DNA of 63,981 nucleotides, filler included, from a bacterium (GTDB lineage: Bacteria > JBBIVP01): NCBI GenBank assembly GCA_037439705.1. It is 5 parts of 5 records of this genome, joined end to end, with 100 filler letters (N's around TTAATTAATTAA, not from the genome) between each part and the next. Parts side by side here need not be neighbours in the genome. Positions count along the whole stretch, not along the records: positions 56,796 to 63,981 come from JBBIVP010000111.1; 4 more parts are not named here. One strand, given 5' to 3'. The number at the start of each line of letters is the position of its first letter. The stretch's first letter is position 1. The notes under the pieces were generated by a model, which was given only the letters and a program-made list of their open reading frames with translations, ran no database searches and had not been told where the DNA came from. Positions 58,157 to 63,981 of the stretch are shown piece by piece. The translations under genes were made by a program, and so were the position numbers.

Positions 58157-58614
58157 TCCCGGAGGAAAAATTAAAAGAACTGAAAGAAATGGAGAAAATC
58201 TATCCCGATAAGAGGTCTCTTCTCCTTCCGTATCTTCAGGCAATTCAGGATATATACCGCTACATATCAGATGAGGCTATTGAATTTGTGGCAAAAGAGT
58301 TATCCCTCAACCCATCCTTCGTTCTCGGCGTGCTAACATTTTATACCTATTTTTCAAGAACAAAAAGGGGAAAGTATCACATCCAGGTTTGCAGGAATCT
58401 TTCCTGCTCTCTTCTCGGTGCTGAAAGTTTGATAGATTATATTTCAAAAAGATTGTCTTTAAAGCCAGGCGAAACGAGCTCTGATGGAAGGTTCACATTT
58501 TCCCTTGTTGAATGTCTTGGATGCTGCGACAGAGCTCCTATGATGATAAATGATAAATACTATACCGACCTCACCCTTGAAAAAGTGGATGAGATATTGA
58601 GTTCATTGAGATGA
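58153..58614 (+). CDS. nuoE: NADH-quinone oxidoreductase subunit E
   Basis: TFY, CRNLSC, CLGCC. Confidence 0.94.
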   Translation: MIPEEKLKELKEMEKIYPDKRSLLLPYLQAIQDIYRYISDEAIEFVAKELSLNPSFVLGVLTFYTYFSRTKRGKYHIQVCRNLSCSLLGAESLIDYISKRLSLKPGETSSDGRFTFSLVECLGCCDRAPMMINDKYYTDLTLEKVDEILSSLR

Positions 58615-59879
58615 ACGAAGGACCATTTTCACAACTTTTAAAAGTAGATGGTATAAATAAAATTGAAAGATATCTGGAACAGGGTGGATATTCTGCCCTG
58701 AAAAAAGCCCTGGGGATGAAACCCGATGAGATAATTGAGGAGGTTAAAACATCGGGAATAAGGGGAAGGGGTGGAGCAGGATTTCCAGCGGTAGTGAAAT
58801 GGAGTTTCATTCCGAAAGATAAGAGACCAGTCTACCTTGTATGTAATGCAGACGAAGGAGAGCCAGGAACATTTAAGGACAGGTACATAATAGAAAAAAT
58901 TCCACACCTTCTTCTTGAAGGGATTGCTATATCCTCTTATGCAGTGGGAGCAAATTTCGCTCTCATTTACATAAGATGGGAGTATGTGCGTGAGGCAGAG
59001 ATTTTAAAAAATGCCATAAGGGAAGCAAAGGAAAAGGGGATGCTCGGTAAAAATATCATGGGTTCAGGATTTGACCTTGAGGTTGTAGTTCACAGAGGAG
59101 CAGGTGCTTATATATGCGGTGAGGAAACAGCACTTCTTGAATCTGCGGAAGGGAAGAGGGGAAATCCGAGGGTTAAACCTCCTTTTCCGGCAAATGTAGG
59201 ACTTTATGGAGCTCCAACCGTGGTAAACAATGTGGAAACACTTGCATCTGTTCCTTTAATAATAGAGAAAGGAGGAAAATGGTACGCAAGCATAGGAAAA
59301 CCGAAATCAACAGGTTTTAAACTCTTTGCTGTAAGCGGGCATGTGAAAAAACCCGGATTATATGAGAAGCCGATGGGTTATCCACTTCTAAAACTTATCA
59401 ATGAAGATTGTGGAGGAATAAGGGAGGAAAGAAAGTTAAAAGCAGTGATACCCGGAGGAACATCCACTCCTCCTTTAACTGCAGAAGAGGCAGATGTTTC
59501 TCTTGACTATGAATCCATTCAGGAAAAGGGTTCAATGCTTGGTTCAGGAGCAATTATAGTAATGGATGACAGCACTTGCATGGTTTATGTGGCAAAAAAA
59601 CTTGCAGATTTCTATTCCCACGAATCCTGCGGACAGTGCACTCCCTGCAGGGAAGGAATGCCATGGTTAAAAGAAATTCTTGCAAGGATTGAGAACGGAC
59701 TGGGAGAGAGTGATGATATTCCGCTTTTGATGGATATATGCACAGGAATACTTGGAAGGACACTTTGCCCGCTCGGAGATGCAGGTGCTCTGCCTATTCT
59801 TGCGTATGTGAAGAAATTCAGGGAAGAATTTGAGGCTCACATAAAGGAGAAAGGGTGTCCATTCAAGGGGAAAAAATGA
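58611..59879 (+). CDS. nuoF: NADH-quinone oxidoreductase subunit F
   Basis: GRGGAGFP, DEGEPGTFKD, ESCGQCTPCREG. Confidence 0.96.
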   Translation: MNEGPFSQLLKVDGINKIERYLEQGGYSALKKALGMKPDEIIEEVKTSGIRGRGGAGFPAVVKWSFIPKDKRPVYLVCNADEGEPGTFKDRYIIEKIPHLLLEGIAISSYAVGANFALIYIRWEYVREAEILKNAIREAKEKGMLGKNIMGSGFDLEVVVHRGAGAYICGEETALLESAEGKRGNPRVKPPFPANVGLYGAPTVVNNVETLASVPLIIEKGGKWYASIGKPKSTGFKLFAVSGHVKKPGLYEKPMGYPLLKLINEDCGGIREERKLKAVIPGGTSTPPLTAEEADVSLDYESIQEKGSMLGSGAIIVMDDSTCMVYVAKKLADFYSHESCGQCTPCREGMPWLKEILARIENGLGESDDIPLLMDICTGILGRTLCPLGDAGALPILAYVKKFREEFEAHIKEKGCPFKGKK

Positions 59880-61396
59880 GCAAGGTAAAAATAAAGGTTG
59901 ACGGAAAAGAGATTTTTGCTGAAGACTGGATGACAATAATGCAGGCTTTGGAAGCCAATGACATAGAGATTCCGCATTTCTGTTATCATCCCGCTCTGAA
60001 GGTTGTTGCGACATGTAGGTTGTGTGTGGTTAAGATAGAGGGTGTGCCAAAACTCCAGACCGCATGTTCAACAAAGGTTTCAGACGGAATGGTTATCTGG
60101 ACAGATACGGATGAGGTAAGAAGGGCAAGAGCAGATGCACTTGAATTTCTCTTAATAAATCATCCGCTGGATTGTCCGCAGTGCGAAAAGGCTGGAGAAT
60201 GCAAACTTCAGGACTATACCTTCAAATACGGAAAACCGGAAAGCAGATTCAAAGAGAAAAAGAGTGATTTTGGTAAATGGGATATATCCTCAAAAATTAT
60301 GCTCCGTCCAAACAGATGTGTGCTCTGTACGAGATGTGTTAGATATATAGAACGGGTTTTGAAATCCGGGGGATTGTGCGTTGTAGAAAGAGGAGGAAAG
60401 GCGCACATAACCGTTTATCCGGAGGGAGGATTTGAAGGAGATTATACTCTGAATGTAACAACCCTTTGTCCGGTTGGAGCGCTTATTTCAAAGGACTGGG
60501 CTTTTAAAGCCCGTCCTGTTTATTTGAAAGTTGCGAGCTCTATATGCACTCTTTGTTCAAGGGGATGCTCTGTTTTTCTTGATGTAAAAGGGATTGAACC
60601 GGTGAGGGTGCGTCCGAGGAAAAATCTGAAAGTGAATTTTTACTGGCTCTGCGATTATGGATATTTGTCTTTTAAAGAGTTTCAACTATCAAGGAGAGAA
60701 CTTTATGCCCTTGAAAGAAAAAATTCAGGGCTTATAAGGGCGATGCCCGAGAAAGTAATAGATGGTATTTTGGAGTTTATAAAGAAAAACCCCGGGGAGA
60801 TTGGAATATGTCTTTCTCCGTTTCTTACAAATGAAGAGCTCATTGCTATAAAAGAATTCGGTGAAAAGATGGGAATCAGTTCTTTCTATTTCATTCCTCC
60901 AGAGTATGTAAAAGAACATGAGAATTCATGGCTTTTAAAGCCTGAAAAGGCACCAAATATGAACGGATTGAAGAGAATAATTCCTGCTATTAAAAATTTG
61001 TTGGATGCAGAAGAAAGAATACTTATTGTTCTGGGATGGATAATGAACGATGTTTCAGTTCCTTCAAGAGTGGAAAAGGTTCTTCTCGTTTCAAATAGAA
61101 TACCCGAAAACCTAAAAGAAAGGGTTGAGTTGTTTATTCCTGAAGCAGGATGGGCTGAGAAGGAAGGAAGCTGGACAAACTTTGATGGAATGGTTCAGTG
61201 GCTGAGCTCAGCGGTTGACCCGGCTGGCGAGTCTATCAGGATTCTGGACCTCATAATTTTCATCTCAAGAAATCTCGGTCTCAATCTTCCCTTCTCTTCA
61301 ATTGATGGTATTATCCCGTTATTAAAAACCTACTTTCCTGATGCGGATGTTGAAGGTGAAAAAAGAAATGCTATAAGGAAGATAGGAGTGCGATGA
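59876..61396 (+). CDS. nuoG: NADH-quinone oxidoreductase subunit G (short form)
   Basis: CYHP..CRLC, HPLDCPQC..GEC, CVLCTRC, CTLCSRGC. Confidence 0.9.
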   Translation: MSKVKIKVDGKEIFAEDWMTIMQALEANDIEIPHFCYHPALKVVATCRLCVVKIEGVPKLQTACSTKVSDGMVIWTDTDEVRRARADALEFLLINHPLDCPQCEKAGECKLQDYTFKYGKPESRFKEKKSDFGKWDISSKIMLRPNRCVLCTRCVRYIERVLKSGGLCVVERGGKAHITVYPEGGFEGDYTLNVTTLCPVGALISKDWAFKARPVYLKVASSICTLCSRGCSVFLDVKGIEPVRVRPRKNLKVNFYWLCDYGYLSFKEFQLSRRELYALERKNSGLIRAMPEKVIDGILEFIKKNPGEIGICLSPFLTNEELIAIKEFGEKMGISSFYFIPPEYVKEHENSWLLKPEKAPNMNGLKRIIPAIKNLLDAEERILIVLGWIMNDVSVPSRVEKVLLVSNRIPENLKERVELFIPEAGWAEKEGSWTNFDGMVQWLSSAVDPAGESIRILDLIIFISRNLGLNLPFSSIDGIIPLLKTYFPDADVEGEKRNAIRKIGVR

Positions 61397-62445
61397 TGAA
61401 TTTTTCAGATTTTGTGTGGTTTATCATTGTTATTGTAAAAATCATCGTAATTTTCTCCGCAGTTCTAACAGTTGTTGCCTATCTTACTTATGCGGAAAGA
61501 AGAATTGGTGGATTTATTCAGGACAGACTTGGTCCCAATAGGGTCGGACCATGGGGACTCCTTCAGCCAATTGCAGACGGTCTTAAATTCGTTTTTAAGG
61601 AAGATTTTATTCCGGCAAAGGCAAACAAGTTTCTTCATATACTTGCTCCGGCAATAATAATGGGAACAGCAATAATCGCTTTGGCGGTAATTCCGTTCAG
61701 CAGCTCCATTCAAATAGGAAAATGGAAGATAAACCTCATAATTTCTGATATTGACGGCGGAGTTTTGTTCCTTCTTGCAATAGGGGGAATTTCTCTCTAC
61801 GGATTAATTCTCGGGGGATGGGCATCAAACAATAAGTATTCCTTACTCGGAGCTTTGAGGAGTGCATCGCAACTTCTTTCCTACGAGACAACCATGGCTC
61901 TTTCTGTTCTTTCCACTGTGCTTCTCTTTGGAACGCTGAGTTTATATGAAATTACAGAGCTTCAGACAGCAAATCCACTCAAATGGGGAATAGTTAAAGC
62001 TCCCCTGAGTTTTCTTCTGTTTCTCATAACAGGATTTGCTGAAACCAACAGGGTTCCCTTTGACCTTCCGGAGGCTGATTCAGAACTGGTTGCAGGTTAC
62101 CATACGGAATATAGTGGTATGAAATTCGCAATGTTTTTTATGGCTGAATACACTCATATGGTTGTGGTTTCAAGTGTTATTACCTGCCTTTTCTTTGGCG
62201 GATGGCAGGTTCCTTTCTTTTCCCAGCAGTATCTCATAAATTCTATTGGACAGATTCCTGCTTTCCTTTTGAGCGTCATAAGTTTTTCCATCAAGACAGG
62301 ATTTTTCCTCTTCTTCTTTATATGGGTGAGGTGGACGCTTCCAAGGTTCAGATTTGACCAGTTGATAAATCTTGGATGGAAGGTTCTCCTTCCAATTGCG
62401 GTTTTGAACCTTTTGTTTACAGCAGGGGTGGTAATATATGCGTGA
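61393..62445 (+). CDS. nuoH: NADH-quinone oxidoreductase subunit H
   Basis: QDRLGPNRVGP, PFDLPEA, LPRFRFDQL. Confidence 0.96.
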   Translation: MMNFSDFVWFIIVIVKIIVIFSAVLTVVAYLTYAERRIGGFIQDRLGPNRVGPWGLLQPIADGLKFVFKEDFIPAKANKFLHILAPAIIMGTAIIALAVIPFSSSIQIGKWKINLIISDIDGGVLFLLAIGGISLYGLILGGWASNNKYSLLGALRSASQLLSYETTMALSVLSTVLLFGTLSLYEITELQTANPLKWGIVKAPLSFLLFLITGFAETNRVPFDLPEADSELVAGYHTEYSGMKFAMFFMAEYTHMVVVSSVITCLFFGGWQVPFFSQQYLINSIGQIPAFLLSVISFSIKTGFFLFFFIWVRWTLPRFRFDQLINLGWKVLLPIAVLNLLFTAGVVIYA

Positions 62446-62926
62446 AGATTTGTTGAAAAAATTCAACGGAAAAGTGGTAGGTAAAAGGATGGGATTTGTA
62501 GAAAAACTCTATATTCCGGCTATCATTAACGGATTAAAAATCACTCTCAAGCATCTTTTCGGGGAAAAGGTGACAATTGAATATCCTGAGGAAAAGAGAA
62601 CTTATTCACCAAGGTTCAGGGGAAGACATGTCCTCAAGGTTGATGAAAACGGAATAATTAAATGCGTTGCCTGTGAACTATGTGAAATTGCCTGTCCTTC
62701 ATTCGCAATAAAGGTGGTGGCGAAAAAGTCAGAGATTCCCGGAAGGGAGAGGGAACCAGAGATTTATGAAATAGATTACCTGAGGTGTATTTTCTGTGGA
62801 TTATGCGTGGATGCATGTCCATGCGATGCCCTTCACATGACATCACAACACGAATGGGCTATAACCTCCAGAAAAGGAGCAATCTGGACAAAAGAAATGC
62901 TTATGGAGAGGAAGAAAAATGGTTGA
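62438..62926 (+). CDS. nuoI: NADH-quinone oxidoreductase subunit I
   Basis: YPEE, FRGRH, CVACELCEIACP, CIFCGLCVDACP. Confidence 0.95.
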   Translation: MREDLLKKFNGKVVGKRMGFVEKLYIPAIINGLKITLKHLFGEKVTIEYPEEKRTYSPRFRGRHVLKVDENGIIKCVACELCEIACPSFAIKVVAKKSEIPGREREPEIYEIDYLRCIFCGLCVDACPCDALHMTSQHEWAITSRKGAIWTKEMLMERKKNG

Positions 62927-63407
62927 GAAATATGTGTTTTTCCTTGCAGGAATAATTGCCATTATTTCTTCCCTCATGGTGGTGTTTAACAAAAAGGTCA
63001 TTTATTCTGCCTACAGCCTTCTCCTTTTAATGATTTCACAGGCAATCATGTTTTTTTGCCTTCGTTCCACTTATTTGGGAATTATTCAACTGCTGGTTTA
63101 TGCTGGCGGTGTTGTGGTTCTGTTTATTCTGGTCATATCCCTTATGGGTACGGGCGAAACCGGTTTTCCTTCTCTCAGATGGTGGAACATACTAACTCCA
63201 ATACTTCTCCTTGCTTTCTCAATTTCATTTATCTATTCCATTCTCAAAACAGTGGAATTCATAGAAGGAAGGATAATTACCGCATCTGCAGATAGACTGG
63301 GTTATGGTGTTGTGATAAGAAATGCACTGGCATTTGAAGCAATAACCCTTCTTTTGATTTCCGCTCTTGTAGGAGCAATAGTTTTCGGGAGGAAAAAAGA
63401 TGATTGA
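62919..63407 (+). CDS. nuoJ: NADH-quinone oxidoreductase subunit J
   Basis: QLLVYAG..VLF; operon position. Confidence 0.92.
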   Translation: MVEKYVFFLAGIIAIISSLMVVFNKKVIYSAYSLLLLMISQAIMFFCLRSTYLGIIQLLVYAGGVVVLFILVISLMGTGETGFPSLRWWNILTPILLLAFSISFIYSILKTVEFIEGRIITASADRLGYGVVIRNALAFEAITLLLISALVGAIVFGRKKDD

Positions 63408-63696
63408 AGGTGGAGTAATAATCGGGCTTTTACTTTTTCTCATCGGAGGGATTGGATTCTTTGTAAGAAAAAATCTCATTGTGCTTCTTATGTGTATAGA
63501 AATAATGCTTGCAGGCGCGAATCTGGTTATACTCAGTTTTTCAAAGTCACTGATGAGTTTTGAGGGAGATATCACTGTTTTATTTGTGATAGGAATAGCG
63601 GCTGCTGAGGCAGGAGTTGGACTTGCAATTGCAGTTCACATGAGAAGAGCAAAAGATTCTCTTGATACAGATATAATGAGGAGGCTTGGAGAATGA
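63400..63696 (+). CDS. nuoK: NADH-quinone oxidoreductase subunit K
   Basis: MCIEIML, AAAEAGVGLA. Confidence 0.94.
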   Translation: MIEGGVIIGLLLFLIGGIGFFVRKNLIVLLMCIEIMLAGANLVILSFSKSLMSFEGDITVLFVIGIAAAEAGVGLAIAVHMRRAKDSLDTDIMRRLGE

Positions 63697-63981
63697 AGGA
63701 TTTTCTATTTCTCATTCCACTCTTTCCCCTCTTGGGTTTCATTTTTAACATACTATTCTGGAGAAAACTCTCTGAAAAAACAATAAGCTTCACAGGGGTT
63801 ATACCTATAGCAGTATCCTTCATCCTTTCATGTTTGACTGCATTAGAATTTTTTACTTCCGGAGAAAAGGTTTTTCATCGGGAGATTTTCCGCTGGATAA
63901 ATGTGGGAGACCTGAATGTTAATTTCGGTTTTCTCATAGACCCTCTTTCCCTTGTTATGATACTTATTGTTACCTTTGATG
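63693..63981 (+). CDS. nuoL: NADH-quinone oxidoreductase subunit L (3'-partial)
   Basis: ATGA overlap with nuoK; LIPLFPLLG...DPLSLVM; runs off the window. Confidence 0.88.
   Translation, partial: MKDFLFLIPLFPLLGFIFNILFWRKLSEKTISFTGVIPIAVSFILSCLTALEFFTSGEKVFHREIFRWINVGDLNVNFGFLIDPLSLVMILIVTFD

Noticed and set aside
59876-61396. Short NuoG as a truncated pseudogene
   Set aside because: The Fe-S motifs and a C-terminal AEKEGSWTN motif are retained, and the gene is coupled to nuoF and nuoH.
351-63823. Numerous short antisense or alternate-frame ORFs in the supplied track
   Set aside because: They overlap well-supported genes and show no recognisable motifs.

Overview
This window is not one locus. 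It is five contigs of a draft or metagenome-assembled genome joined by artificial 100-nt linkers (N44-TTAATTAATTAA-N44 at 14504-14603, 28748-28847, 42903-43002, 56696-56795), so adjacency across linkers means nothing. The source is an AT-rich diderm bacterium (Mla system, Lgt, heptose kinase), and gene content suggests a delta-proteobacteria-like lineage (inference). Contig 1: transglutaminase-ABC module, mlaEFD, an SDR/acyltransferase pair, tRNA-Leu-tig-clpP-clpX-lon, archease and a deacetylase. Contig 2: the 5' end of a probable hypF, divergent from a redox operon: qmoC-like membrane subunit, an HdrA split inside its ferredoxin insert and wrapped around a HydC/HydD/HydB/HydA-N-type NADH module, mvhD, a small ORF, mvhG, mvhA and a maturation protease. 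Contig 3: a large TPR membrane protein and an 11-gene assimilatory sulfur operon with two ubiquitin-like sulfur carriers (one fused to CysK), an E1, a JAB protease and a sulfite reductase-TusA fusion. Contig 4: delta-60 repeat surface protein, lipoproteins, aroKE, a stop-interrupted SDR, tRNA-Leu, a HEAT/HD-GYP pair, a heptose kinase, glpK, rlmE, lgt. Contig 5: nuoC-L of complex I. The strongest candidates for an undescribed system are the split-HdrA/Hyd/Mvh/QmoC operon and the ThiS-CysK carrier system. Several operon-first genes also look leaderless. I found no CRISPR array, integrase, transposase or phage gene. All calls come from reading motifs; no searches were run.
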